Virus record (IMG/VR): IMGVR_UViG_3300045988_176666
Reading direction: 5' to 3' (one strand)
Origin: a virus
Length of the DNA: 38,953 nucleotides
The notes beneath the pieces are model-generated. The model did no database searches and was not told the origin of the DNA. It worked only from the letters and a program-made list of their open reading frames with translations. The position numbers and the translations under genes are program-made. Positions 1 through 9,691 of this stretch are shown here, in pieces. The first letter of the stretch is position 1. Each line of letters opens with the position of its first letter.

Positions 1-681
1 ATAACCGGGTTTATCTCATCCGTGCTGAGTAGTATTTTCAGCACAATCTCTTCCATCTGGAACAGCATTGTCTCCACCATCAGCGGCTTCATGAACTCGA
101 TATGGAACACCATATCGAACATCTGGAACAGCATTGTCATGACCGTAGGAGAGGCAACGTATAACGTGCTCTCCAAAGTCTCCCAAATGGGAACTGACAT
201 CATCAACAAGGTTGGTTCGTGGGTAGGCGATATGGTCAATGCGGGACGCAACCTGATTCAGGGCATGATCGACGGTGTGGGCCAAATGGCTAGTAACCTC
301 ATCAACGCTGTGGCAGGACCCGTCAATGATGCAATTGGTAAGGCAAAGTCACTCCTTGGTATCCATTCCCCCTCACGTGTATTCCGTCAAATCGGTATCT
401 ACACAGGTGAAGGCTTCGTGGACGGCCTGGAGCAAATGGAATCCAGCGTGCAGCGAGGAATGACAAAACTTATGGCCATACCAGCTGCCCCAATCGTACC
501 TGTAGGCTCCGCGCTCGCTGGCACAGGAGGTATTTATCAGCCTGCACGTGCAGCGCTCGCTACCTCAGGGGGAGTAACAGTCAACGTGAAGGGGCAGGAA
601 GAAATGTCGCCGGATCGTTTCGGCCGTCGTGTTGGTGAGGCTGTGGCACACACTCTAGCCGTGGGAGGTATAAACATCTAA
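1..681 (+). CDS. Tape measure protein, C-terminal 226 codons (5' part is 35884..38953; the gene spans the circular junction)
   Basis: Frame 1 is open from nt 1 (ITGFISSVLSSIFSTISSIWNSIV...) and continues the W-N-x-I-V repeats seen at the window end. It then contains IHSPSRVFRQIGIYTGEGFVDG, a motif common near TMP C-termini. Stop at 679-681. The Met at 22 in the ORF track is internal. Confidence 0.85.
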   Translation: MTGFISSVLSSIFSTISSIWNSIVSTISGFMNSIWNTISNIWNSIVMTVGEATYNVLSKVSQMGTDIINKVGSWVGDMVNAGRNLIQGMIDGVGQMASNLINAVAGPVNDAIGKAKSLLGIHSPSRVFRQIGIYTGEGFVDGLEQMESSVQRGMTKLMAIPAAPIVPVGSALAGTGGIYQPARAALATSGGVTVNVKGQEEMSPDRFGRRVGEAVAHTLAVGGINI

Positions 682-1559
682 TGGCAACAGAGGAAAAGGT
701 ATACATTCCACGGTTTGCCCGCCTAGAAGGTGCACACGGTGAGCTCGTTCTCAGCACGGATGAGCTAGGAGAAGCCGCCGAGTTCTGGCTAACAGACCTC
801 GACGGCTTCTTCGGCGGCGTGGGAGTGCAGGCGCATGACGTGCAACGGAAAATCGGGCACGGCATGCTCTCAAACCCCGCGCTGCGCACCGGCCGCACCC
901 TCACCCTCAAAGGGTATTTTGAGTTCGACTCCGACAGGACACGCTCAATCGCAGACCGGTTCGTATCAGGAGTGCTCTTTGATGGGAACCTGGGAACTCT
1001 AACAGTTTCCGTGAACGGTCTGGAGCTATCCTGCCAGGTGCGACTCGACGGGGAAATAAAGCACGTCTACGACGGCATGAGAGCATTCAACCTTGAAATC
1101 CCTCTCGTAGCACCCGAACCGTGGCTCTACGGAAAACCGACCGTCTACCAGATATTCCCCACCGGCGCAGGAACCGGCATCAAATATCCCCTGTTCGGTG
1201 TGCAACCAAAGGGTGTGCTCTCCTACGGCGACCAACCGCCACAAGGGGCCGCCATATCCCATGAAGGGAACGCAACCGCCTACCCAACATATATCGTGCG
1301 CGGTGAATGGGCATCAGGGTTCCGTCTAACCGCAGACGGGAAAACACTCGAATACCCCTACCCCGTGCACCCGAACGCACCCGTCACCATCAACTGCGCA
1401 AAAGGTCAAGTACTCATTAGCGGCCAAGACTTCACCTATGAGCTCTCACGCCGCGAATGGCACACCGCACCACCCCGCGCAGGATTCATCACGCAGATAG
1501 AAGCGCTCGCGCCCTCGACTGGGTGGTGCGACGTGATCTTCTCTGACACCTACATCTAA
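681..1559 (+). CDS. Minor tail protein, probable distal tail protein (Dit-like) by position
   Basis: 292 aa. The ATG overlaps the TMP stop (TAATG). It is the first gene after TMP, as for Dit in siphoviruses. No motif verified. Confidence 0.5.
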   Translation: MATEEKVYIPRFARLEGAHGELVLSTDELGEAAEFWLTDLDGFFGGVGVQAHDVQRKIGHGMLSNPALRTGRTLTLKGYFEFDSDRTRSIADRFVSGVLFDGNLGTLTVSVNGLELSCQVRLDGEIKHVYDGMRAFNLEIPLVAPEPWLYGKPTVYQIFPTGAGTGIKYPLFGVQPKGVLSYGDQPPQGAAISHEGNATAYPTYIVRGEWASGFRLTADGKTLEYPYPVHPNAPVTINCAKGQVLISGQDFTYELSRREWHTAPPRAGFITQIEALAPSTGWCDVIFSDTYI

Positions 1560-1573
1560 GAAGGAAGAAAGCT

Positions 1574-2443
1574 ATGGCTACTGGATTCGGCATCCCGAAC
1601 GACGATAAGGGCAACGGAACAACGCCGGATGATATTCAGGCAATCACGGCCGCAGAATACCCGGAGGCCGGAATCATTTCAGGGTGCGAGGTCACGGGAA
1701 CGTCAACAATGGCGTGGAAGGTATCAGCAGGCGCAGCTGTAGTGCACCTAGCCGCAGGCCGCGCCGTGCGTGTCCCCGTGCCTGCACAGACCATTACCAC
1801 CGCGCCTGCTCCGCCCACAGGAACCCGCTCTGAATACATCTATGTTAAGCAGAACACGGTTGCAACGGACGGGAACATCAACGCCACCGTAGGGGTAGGT
1901 GCATCCGTCCCAGCGAACGCCGTCATGCTCTCCCAGCGAAACATCACGGCCGGAATGCGCGCCACAGCCTCCGCTCCAGAGGCAGGAAACCCCGTTTATT
2001 CCCGTCCCGTGGGCGGCTCCCTCGGCGTCTTACACCGCCACTACCACGAAGACGACCAGGTGCGCGATAGAGGGTCGTTCAAGCGCGGCGCGGGAACCTT
2101 CTACGTCCCCACAGATCGCAACATTGACATCCGCATTTCCTCAACTGTTGCTAACGGCCGCCCCGGTCAATGGGAATCCGCAACCACAGCAGACCAAGGC
2201 GTCGTAAGGTACGACGTCTACCTGGACGACCAATTGATTTTCTGCAGGGAACGCGAGTTCAACAATGTTTTTGACACCCGCGACGTCTCCCGCGTCTGGA
2301 CCGTCAAACCAGGCTTACACAAAATCCACTACGTCGTATCACACATATGGGGATTCCAGTACTGGCGTGTGCGCGGCGGAACAGAGCGACGCTACGCAGG
2401 TGATCAATTCACCATCGTAGATATGGGCGTTGCCAAGGAATAA
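1574..2443 (+). CDS. Minor tail protein (unknown role)
   Basis: 289 aa ORF with RBS-like gaaggaag upstream, inside the tail-tip block. Function assigned by position only. Confidence 0.45.
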   Translation: MATGFGIPNDDKGNGTTPDDIQAITAAEYPEAGIISGCEVTGTSTMAWKVSAGAAVVHLAAGRAVRVPVPAQTITTAPAPPTGTRSEYIYVKQNTVATDGNINATVGVGASVPANAVMLSQRNITAGMRATASAPEAGNPVYSRPVGGSLGVLHRHYHEDDQVRDRGSFKRGAGTFYVPTDRNIDIRISSTVANGRPGQWESATTADQGVVRYDVYLDDQLIFCREREFNNVFDTRDVSRVWTVKPGLHKIHYVVSHIWGFQYWRVRGGTERRYAGDQFTIVDMGVAKE

Positions 2444-2466
2444 CTAAACAGGAAGGGAAGCTAGGT

Positions 2467-3558
2467 ATGGGGTACAAGCTCTACTGGCTCGACACGCGCA
2501 CCGGCCGCATCGGCGCACCCATCGAAGCCACCACGGCGTCATGGTCAATCGAACTCAACAAAACCGAAGATTTGAGTTTCACAGTCCACAAACCCCACCT
2601 AGCCACCATCCAGCCCTACCTCTACACGCCACCCACAGGAGGCGCACTCCTCACCCACACCGGGCAAGACGGCATCGAATACCCACTCATCGCAGGCCCT
2701 ATAGCCGATTGGGGAAACGAAACCAGAACCACCCTCGAAATCAAAGCCCACGGCGTCAGATACTTCTTCGAGCACCGCACCATCTGGGAAACCCTCAACT
2801 TCCAGAACACCACCCTCGGAGAGATCGCCTGGGCGCTCGCCGTGCACGGCATGAACCGCCCCGGCGGCTCATTCCCGCTCGTGCATGGCACCATATCCGA
2901 CCAGGGAGGCAGACAACGCACCTATGAGCACTGGAATGTAGCCAACAACATTATTAGCAAACGCTGGAGCGAGCTATCGAAAGTAGCTAACGGCCCAGAC
3001 ATCATGATTCGCCCACGCTGGGCAAACCCTGAACACACCGCCATCGAATGGGCATTCGTGCACGGCAACGAACACTACCCGTACATAAGCCAAGACTGGC
3101 AACCAGATTTCGACACCACCGCCCCCAGCGGAGAAATCGGCGAAGTAACCGTAACCTCATCCGCCAAAGGACTTGTGAACCGCATCTGGTACACCGGCGC
3201 AGGAGAGGGTGCAGGCACGGCCATAGCTTACGCAGAAAACCTCGATAACGTCCAGGCCGGGGCACCATTCCTAGAGGCTGTACTCTCCGACGCAGACCAA
3301 GACAACGTCGAAGTGCTGCGACAAAAAGCAGCAGGTGCGCTCGCTGTGCGACAGGCTATGACTGACCAGGTGACGCTTAAATTTCCTGCGAACTCGATAA
3401 AGACTCCGCTCGGCGCGTTTTTCGTGGGTGATATAGCGTCTGTAACTCTAACTGGCTGGCTATCCATCCCAGCAGGCACCCGCGATATGCGAATCATCAA
3501 AATGGACGGGAATTTAGAACCGACCGTCACGATAGATTTTCAGGAGGCGCAATGGTAG
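2467..3558 (+). CDS. Minor tail protein, possible Tal-like tail-tip hub
   Basis: 363 aa with RBS ggaagggaag upstream. Size and position fit the N-terminal hub domain of tail-associated (Tal) proteins. Not verified. Confidence 0.4.
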   Translation: MGYKLYWLDTRTGRIGAPIEATTASWSIELNKTEDLSFTVHKPHLATIQPYLYTPPTGGALLTHTGQDGIEYPLIAGPIADWGNETRTTLEIKAHGVRYFFEHRTIWETLNFQNTTLGEIAWALAVHGMNRPGGSFPLVHGTISDQGGRQRTYEHWNVANNIISKRWSELSKVANGPDIMIRPRWANPEHTAIEWAFVHGNEHYPYISQDWQPDFDTTAPSGEIGEVTVTSSAKGLVNRIWYTGAGEGAGTAIAYAENLDNVQAGAPFLEAVLSDADQDNVEVLRQKAAGALAVRQAMTDQVTLKFPANSIKTPLGAFFVGDIASVTLTGWLSIPAGTRDMRIIKMDGNLEPTVTIDFQEAQW

Positions 3559-4988
3559 ATTACAACGACCAACGCCCAACCCGGCCAGTGGATACTCTCA
3601 AAGAGATTCTGACCGGGCTTCGCGTGCCAGCATCAACACCTCACGGCATCAAAATAGCTAAGCCGACTGAGTACGCCGTGTACTATGACCGCACAGGCAC
3701 CCCGCGCACCTGGTCTGGTGACACTATCGCAGACATAAACAAGGATATGGCCGCCCTAAAAACTAGTCTGCAAGAGCTGGATAAGAAGCTGGAAGAGGGC
3801 GGCGGGAGGATACAAGACGGCGGAAAGATCGTAGGCGACGTCAAAACGAAGCTAGACCAGCTTGAAAAGGACATCCAGGCTGCCCAGACCTCCGCAACCA
3901 CCGCAACCCAAACCGCTAAAGACGCTAAAGCAGCTGCAGAAGACCCAAACCTGCTCGCACGCTCACTCAACGGCTCTAAAGCTCTGAATGGGACAGCGCT
4001 CGGCAACAATAGTGTAGGGGCTGGGCAGCTGCGCATCACCTCAGACCTCGCAGCAGGTGTCGTGAACGCAATGGATGTGAACGCTAAGCGCCTGGTCGTG
4101 ACAGATGACGCTATTCTACAGCGCGCAACTGTCATCGGCGGTATCGTAACCTCGGAGCTCACCGCAAACACTGCGTTCACGGAAAAGCTCGTATCAAGGC
4201 ACATCGACGCCGAGAAAATCGTGACCGAAGACCTCGTAGCCCGGCGGCTCAAAGTCTCTGAGCTCGCAGCGCAGATGATCACGTCCGGCCACCTGCAAAC
4301 CGATAGTGCAGATAATAGGGGCGTCAAACTCAACTCGGCCGGTATCACCGCGTTTGACGATTCGGGAAAGCAAACCGTCAAAATCAACGCCAACGGCGAA
4401 GGGAATTATTTCACAGGAACCCTAGCGACGTCATCTAACAACGAACCCGGCGTAACCATCTACACAGACATCGCACGCGGCCCCGCAGGCTCCCGATCCT
4501 CCATTATCGAGATGCGCCCGCAGGAAGCCTCCATGCAAGCCCCTAAGGGAATTATCCGCATGGACCCGCAGGGCTATTTCACGTTCGGGATGAAACATCA
4601 CGACGACCCGCAAAACGTTTACCGTGGCCTCTCCGTGGACTGGAACGGCGGCGTGAACATCTCTGAATCATTGCGCGTCAAAGCGAACGTGCGCGTGGAG
4701 GGATTTTTCTCTCAAACCAAAACATTCTTCCACGTCCCACTTGGGCCGTACACCCTCAACGGCGGCGGCTGGCAAGAAATCCGCGTCGGATGGGGCGATG
4801 TAGGTCAGCTGCCCTACATCGCCACCCAAGTTATTAGCGGAAATCCTATCGTTGCCACCATTCAGAACCTACGCAGCGACGGATGCAGCGTATGGCTCAA
4901 CCATCTAGGAAGAAACCGCGAAGAGAACTTTTGGGTAGAACTCTACGTGCTACCCCTAAACCGCAGTAAAGGAAACGACACCGTATGA
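3552..4988 (+). CDS. Tail fibre-like protein with N-proximal coiled coil and separate C-terminal domain
   Basis: 478 aa; the ATG overlaps the upstream stop. There is a heptad-rich segment (LKTSLQELDKKLEEGG...KLDQLEKDIQAAQTSATTATQTAKDAKAAAED) followed by repetitive beta-type segments. Confidence 0.55.
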   Translation: MVDYNDQRPTRPVDTLKEILTGLRVPASTPHGIKIAKPTEYAVYYDRTGTPRTWSGDTIADINKDMAALKTSLQELDKKLEEGGGRIQDGGKIVGDVKTKLDQLEKDIQAAQTSATTATQTAKDAKAAAEDPNLLARSLNGSKALNGTALGNNSVGAGQLRITSDLAAGVVNAMDVNAKRLVVTDDAILQRATVIGGIVTSELTANTAFTEKLVSRHIDAEKIVTEDLVARRLKVSELAAQMITSGHLQTDSADNRGVKLNSAGITAFDDSGKQTVKINANGEGNYFTGTLATSSNNEPGVTIYTDIARGPAGSRSSIIEMRPQEASMQAPKGIIRMDPQGYFTFGMKHHDDPQNVYRGLSVDWNGGVNISESLRVKANVRVEGFFSQTKTFFHVPLGPYTLNGGGWQEIRVGWGDVGQLPYIATQVISGNPIVATIQNLRSDGCSVWLNHLGRNREENFWVELYVLPLNRSKGNDTV

Positions 4989-5146
4989 CCTATGAACAGC
5001 TCAAAACCAAAGTAATCTACCTGACTCAGGAAAATGACAGGCTCCGAGATTCCCTCCTCGACGCACACATCAAGCTCGGCATCATCACCCTAGACACGCC
5101 CGCAGAGAACACACAGACAGCAGAAAGTGAAGTAGTCAAAAATTGA
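4985..5146 (+). CDS. Small coiled-coil protein (53 aa), possible fibre assembly factor
   Basis: Below the ORF-track size cutoff. ATGA overlap with the upstream stop, and its TGA overlaps the TTG start of the next gene. Sequence MTYEQLKTKVIYLTQENDRLRDSLLDAHIKLGII... Confidence 0.4.
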   Translation: MTYEQLKTKVIYLTQENDRLRDSLLDAHIKLGIITLDTPAENTQTAESEVVKN

Positions 5147-6288
5147 TTACCAACCCCCTACCCCAAAACCAGCCAGCCCCCCAAATCATTAACACAGCCC
5201 TGTACACACAGCTCGAAGCCGCCGGGGCACTACCAAACCCCACCGGCAACATCGGGAACGCCACAGGAACCCTCACCGAGCAGCAGCTCATAGCCCTCAT
5301 CGAACAAAAAGCAAAAGAAATCCTCGGCTCCGTCGTCGACGCCCAACGATCCTTCGGATTCCAAGCAGGCGAAAACTACTACAGCCCAATATCCTACTGG
5401 TGGGCGGACTACTACAACCGCCAAAACAGCAAATGGGCAAAAACCCTCAAATTCGGTGAAACTCTCGGCATTGTCATTCTCAACAAATCCTCCGGCGACT
5501 GGGGAACAGGAGTCGACCAGGATTTCCTCACGCAGGGCAAACTAGCCGAAGCCGCCGGTGCGAAGCTAGTCGCGTTCTACATCAAGACACGCTTCGGCGC
5601 GAACTCAAAATACGCCACAGAACAGTACCGCGCTCGCATCCAGAAATCCCTCAACGTACCAATGGAGCAGGTAACAAAATTCACGCAAGATTATGTCATC
5701 CAGACTGCGAAGAATGTTATCGCCTGGTACAAGGGGCAGTCGAAGATCGCAAACGTCGCAATCTTCCTGGATGAAGTGGTGAACGGGTGGGATGCTGAAC
5801 AGCAGGCCGTCATGCCCTACTACATTGAGCTGTATAAGCTCCTGCGTGCTGAGCTCGGCGCAGACGTGCCTATCATCATCAATCCTGGCTCCAATACCCG
5901 CCTAGAGATGATGAGCGCCTGTGATATTGCCGTCACCTACGAATCCGACGCAACCAAATACCTTTCCCGCACCCGCCAAGAAATCCATCCAGACCAATAT
6001 CAGGGTTTGCCCTCATGGCGTTTCTGGCATATCGTGCACGGAATCACGAAAGAAAACGTCGACAAAGTGTGTGAAAAAGCAGACGAAATCGACGTGGGGC
6101 ACCTCTATCTGACCGACCAGACATTCGCAGTCGGAACAGGCTCGGAAGACACACCGCAGGAAGACCCCTACGACGACCCGCCGTCGCCGTGGGTGGTGCC
6201 AAAGATTCGTTCATGGATTAAAGGCGTCCTGCCTCTAGAGCAGCGACTCTCAGCTGTAGAAGCTAAAGTCGCCGCCAAAGAAAACTAA
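5143..6288 (+). CDS. Putative glycoside hydrolase, spherulin-4 / GH135-like (beta/alpha)8 barrel; candidate exopolysaccharide depolymerase
   Basis: 381 aa, TTG start. Motif series resembling Spherulation-specific family 4: GIVILNKSSGDWG, LVAFYIKTRFG, NVAIFLDEVVNGW, PIIINPGSN, DIAVTYES. Located between two fibre genes. Confidence 0.5.
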   Translation: MITNPLPQNQPAPQIINTALYTQLEAAGALPNPTGNIGNATGTLTEQQLIALIEQKAKEILGSVVDAQRSFGFQAGENYYSPISYWWADYYNRQNSKWAKTLKFGETLGIVILNKSSGDWGTGVDQDFLTQGKLAEAAGAKLVAFYIKTRFGANSKYATEQYRARIQKSLNVPMEQVTKFTQDYVIQTAKNVIAWYKGQSKIANVAIFLDEVVNGWDAEQQAVMPYYIELYKLLRAELGADVPIIINPGSNTRLEMMSACDIAVTYESDATKYLSRTRQEIHPDQYQGLPSWRFWHIVHGITKENVDKVCEKADEIDVGHLYLTDQTFAVGTGSEDTPQEDPYDDPPSPWVVPKIRSWIKGVLPLEQRLSAVEAKVAAKEN

Positions 6289-6303
6289 ATATAGGAGCAA
6301 AAA

Positions 6304-8865
6304 TTGAGTAATTACGGCAAGGTAACCGCCCGCGTGCAAACCCACACAGAGCACGCGGGCGTACCTGTGCCAGCACACGGCACAATAAATTTCACGCCAC
6401 AATGGCGCGTCATCAACGACACCGTATACGCACCCCTCAAGCTCACCGGATACCTCGTAGACGGTGTGCTCATGGACGCCCGCACCGGCGGCGAAGAAGG
6501 CGTATCCCTCCTCGAAGGCGAATACATCATATCGGGAGAATTCTCCACCAAAACAGGCGAACAAGTCCACCTCAAAGACGGCATCAACATCACCGTGCGC
6601 GCAGACGAAACCGTCAGCATCGCCAAATGGATAACCAACGCCACCACTGCGGCCCCCTCACCCATGCCTGCCCGTCCTGCAGCACCACCCGCAACACTGG
6701 ATAACGCATCCCTTGCAGCTCAAATTCAAGATGTTATCGCACGAATGAACCTCAGGGGCGAACGTGGGGAACGCGGAGAACCAGGCCCCCAAGGCGACCC
6801 CGGCCGAGACGGCCGTGACGGCATCCAAGGCCCCCAAGGCGACCCCGGACAGCCCGGCCCACAAGGCACACCTGGTAAAGACGGAGCAAACGGCGAACGT
6901 GGGGAACGCGGAGAACCAGGCCCACCCGGCCCCCAAGGAGCACCAGGCGAACCAGCCAACACCACAGCCCTAGAAAGCCGAATCACCGCACTAGAACAAC
7001 GCCCAAACACCGCACTCCCCGCGCTCGCGTCATCCCCGCGTAGCGTCAACGTTGTGCACGCCCCGTATTCTGCTGATCCAACTGGTGCTAAAGACTCGAC
7101 AGCTGAGATTCAAAAAGCTATCGACGATGTGGCAGCCCTTGGCGGCGGCGCGGTCTTCATCCCCGCCGGAACGTACAAAGTCAAGTTCCCATTCCTGGAG
7201 CTCAAAGGCTTTGTGCAGATCTACGGCGAAGGTGTGGCCACACAGATTATTGCAACTTTAGATGTCGAAATCACAGAGAAAACCGGTGTCTTCCATACGG
7301 GAACCTGGGCAACCCGCAAACAGGATAGAAACCTACTCCGTTTCGGCGTCTCCAACCTTATGATCCGTGCGCACAAGAGCGGAATTCAGCACCAGACCCC
7401 AATCGCAAACCTGGTTGGAGTGCTTTACAACACCGATTTAGGTTCTGGACCAGCAGACCCAGACGCCGTGCCCACCCTAAACTTCGTCGAGATTTGGGAC
7501 ATGGAGAACGGGGCAGCAATCATCGGCATTGACGACCAAGCTATGAAGGTCTTCTCGCTCAAGGTCCGTAACACCCTACAAGCAGGACTCATTGTCGGAA
7601 AGCCGCCGGGGCACCCCGAAGGTAGCGGCGGCGCGGCCGATAATAAATTCTTCGGCGCAGACATCGGCGGCTGCAACCAATCCCGCACGGGATATGCAGG
7701 TGCCGAAATATACACGTCGCAAACAAAATTCATCGGCTCCACTGTCTGGTACACGCACCGAGGCTCCACCTTCGCGCAGCTCTACGCCCTCCCCGCAGGC
7801 TCCACCGCCGGGGCAGACATCACCGCAGGAGCACCACGGAGCGAAAACCGCACCATGCAGAAAGACGGCGCAGGATTCTACATCCGAGCCACAAAATGCG
7901 TACTAACCAACTGTGAAGCCCAGGAGAACGGCGGCCACGGATTCATCATCGCATACGGAGATAACACCCTCATCGGCTGTCGCGGCGAATCCTCATCGTA
8001 CAAAGGAACGGTTCATGCCCCCGCGCAGGTCAATGAGGCTGCAGACTTCTACATCCTCAACGAAGGAACAGACGGAACCATTCTCGACGGCTGCACCTCA
8101 CGCAGCGCCCGCAAAACCGACGGCGGCGCACGCTGGAGCTTCTACGTTGAGACCTGGTTTAAAAACCTTGAAATCGCCAACAGCGTGTCGAAGGACGTCG
8201 AAACCCCCGCTGGCTCTGAGACTGGCCCGATCCGGTATCGGAGCGCCCAGGGGGACAACGTGCATATTCAGGTGGGAAACCATACCTACAGCACCCGCCC
8301 TACCCCTACGAGTAGCGCCCAGGCTGTAGACATGTCGCATCTCGAAGGACGTTTAGCAGCGCTGGAGAGGGCGCGGCCTGCCACTCCTGCGGTGGCAGCT
8401 GCCCAGACACCGGCCGCTTCGGTTCCTTCGACCGGGTGGCGACTGATGACCGAGCACTGGAAGATACCAGGCGGATATATCTATATGCGCCGCGACGGGA
8501 ACCAAGTAACCATTCTCGCTGCCAATCATTTCACAGGCGGCTCGACCATCCCCAAGGGAAAGTACCTGCAGCTGGCTTTCCCCTCAGGATTCCGGCCAGA
8601 CGTCCCTAAAGGCCCGTACACTGCGGGGACTCGAATTCGCGCTACCTTTGCCCAGACTGTCCTCACAGGAAACAGTGGGGAGATAATCGGCGGCCGAAAC
8701 CGCATGTGGATTACCTGGGATACCGATGAGACCGCCCGCAACCGCAAAACGGACGTTAACTTCAATATTCAAGTTGACGCCCAAGCAATTCTCGAAGGCG
8801 GCCAGATCACCTATCTAACCGCCGAGCCGTTCCCACAAGAGCTGCCCGGTTCACCCATCCAATAA
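6304..8865 (+). CDS. Tail fibre/tailspike: collagen-like triple-helix region, pectate-lyase-type right-handed beta-helix domain and C-terminal receptor-binding-like domain
   Basis: 853 aa, TTG start 7 nt after aggag. It has 22 Gly-X-Y triplets. The beta-helix N-cap motif [46 protein letters not shown] is typical of Pectate_lyase_3/tailspike depolymerases. A second short coiled coil ([13 protein letters not shown]) precedes the last ~170 aa. Confidence 0.75.
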   Translation: MSNYGKVTARVQTHTEHAGVPVPAHGTINFTPQWRVINDTVYAPLKLTGYLVDGVLMDARTGGEEGVSLLEGEYIISGEFSTKTGEQVHLKDGINITVRADETVSIAKWITNATTAAPSPMPARPAAPPATLDNASLAAQIQDVIARMNLRGERGERGEPGPQGDPGRDGRDGIQGPQGDPGQPGPQGTPGKDGANGERGERGEPGPPGPQGAPGEPANTTALESRITALEQRPNTALPALASSPRSVNVVHAPYSADPTGAKDSTAEIQKAIDDVAALGGGAVFIPAGTYKVKFPFLELKGFVQIYGEGVATQIIATLDVEITEKTGVFHTGTWATRKQDRNLLRFGVSNLMIRAHKSGIQHQTPIANLVGVLYNTDLGSGPADPDAVPTLNFVEIWDMENGAAIIGIDDQAMKVFSLKVRNTLQAGLIVGKPPGHPEGSGGAADNKFFGADIGGCNQSRTGYAGAEIYTSQTKFIGSTVWYTHRGSTFAQLYALPAGSTAGADITAGAPRSENRTMQKDGAGFYIRATKCVLTNCEAQENGGHGFIIAYGDNTLIGCRGESSSYKGTVHAPAQVNEAADFYILNEGTDGTILDGCTSRSARKTDGGARWSFYVETWFKNLEIANSVSKDVETPAGSETGPIRYRSAQGDNVHIQVGNHTYSTRPTPTSSAQAVDMSHLEGRLAALERARPATPAVAAAQTPAASVPSTGWRLMTEHWKIPGGYIYMRRDGNQVTILAANHFTGGSTIPKGKYLQLAFPSGFRPDVPKGPYTAGTRIRATFAQTVLTGNSGEIIGGRNRMWITWDTDETARNRKTDVNFNIQVDAQAILEGGQITYLTAEPFPQELPGSPIQ
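6757..6954 (+). repeat. Collagen-like (Gly-X-Y)x22 coding repeat, containing an exact 32-nt direct repeat (6757-6788 and 6892-6923)
   Basis: [66 protein letters not shown]; ggcgaacgtggggaacgcggagaaccaggccc occurs twice, 135 nt apart and in frame. Confidence 0.95.
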
Positions 8866-8876
8866 GAGGAGAAAAA

Positions 8877-9233
8877 ATGTCAACTATTGAACAGGAACTC
8901 ATCGCCGCATCAGATACCCGCCTGCTCGCTCGTGCTGTGCAGACAGCTAAACGCCTGCGCATCCCAAACGCCCAGGCGCTCATTGAATCGCGTTTCGGCG
9001 AACTGGTGTCTCTGAACACCACATCAGAGGGAACGAAAACCATTGCGGAAGAGCACGACTTCGCGGTTCAGCAGTGGAAGACGAAAAAAGCTGAGCTGGA
9101 CCAGAAACAGGCAGCCCTCAACGCCGAATATGACGCGCTGCGAGAACCAGGTGCAGACCCCGCCCGCGTCACTGACGAATATTTGGTTTATGCGGTCAAG
9201 CAGCTTACCGCCTCCGAGGTACACAGTGCCTAA
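8877..9233 (+). CDS. Hypothetical protein (118 aa)
   Basis: Strong RBS aagaggag upstream of the ATG. Lies between the fibre gene and the lysis cassette. Confidence 0.5.
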   Translation: MSTIEQELIAASDTRLLARAVQTAKRLRIPNAQALIESRFGELVSLNTTSEGTKTIAEEHDFAVQQWKTKKAELDQKQAALNAEYDALREPGADPARVTDEYLVYAVKQLTASEVHSA

Positions 9234-9675
9234 CCAACAGCTGCAGCCCCAGGTGTTTGATGCTCTGGTCGCTGTACTATCCGCCGGTCTGATCGCGTTT
9301 TTGACGTGGGCAGCCGCAAAATTCCGCACGCTCACAGAGTCTCTGCGGCGGGTCGAGCACCAGGTGAAAAATCACCACCAGACGAATCTTCGTGATGATA
9401 TTGACCGCAATCAGGAAGAGACAAAAGCCCACCTAAAGCAGGTGACAGAGACCGCGCAAAGCGGCCTCATTGGTGTAGCAGCTCAAATTGAGCAGCTAAA
9501 CAGTACTGTCGAACAACAGGGAATACTCCTGAAACAGGGGCTAGCTGAACACTCCAACATGCAGAAGGACATCGGAGGTCTGCGTGAGGAAATGCGACAG
9601 GAACGCAAGACGCACGGTACAACTCAGGAGCGTGTCTACGCTCTAGAGCAGTCCGTGCGAGAGCAAGAAAAGTAA
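9226..9675 (+). CDS. Membrane-anchored coiled-coil protein (149 aa), lysis-cassette associated
   Basis: The track ORF 9043..9675 was trimmed to the in-frame GTG at 9226 (GAGG 6 nt upstream; GTGCCTAA overlap with the upstream stop). N-terminal TM helix VFDALVAVLSAGLIAFLTWAAA, then a long heptad region. Confidence 0.5.
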   Translation: MPNQQLQPQVFDALVAVLSAGLIAFLTWAAAKFRTLTESLRRVEHQVKNHHQTNLRDDIDRNQEETKAHLKQVTETAQSGLIGVAAQIEQLNSTVEQQGILLKQGLAEHSNMQKDIGGLREEMRQERKTHGTTQERVYALEQSVREQEK

Positions 9676-9691
9676 CAGAAAGGAGGCCGCA

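Noticed and set aside
22-681. Treating 22..681 as a complete 219-aa gene starting at Met22
   Set aside because: The frame is open from nt 1 and is the continuation of the tape measure gene across the circular junction.
3683-4393. 236-aa minus-strand ORF inside the coiled-coil fibre gene (and similar antisense ORFs at 6312..7049, 22559..22948, 28425..28922)
   Set aside because: These are shadow ORFs of GC-rich, codon-biased + strand genes; none has independent support.
6757-6954. Short-period GC-rich repeats that could be mistaken for a CRISPR or VNTR locus
   Set aside because: The period is 9 nt and encodes perfect Gly-X-Y triplets inside a long ORF, so this is a collagen-like coding repeat.
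9043-9225. Upstream 61-codon extension of the ORF 9043..9675, overlapping 8877..9233 in another frame
   Set aside because: The extension is basic and low-complexity and fully overlaps a well-supported gene. The in-frame GTG at 9226 has a GAGG 6 nt upstream and starts exactly at the TM helix.
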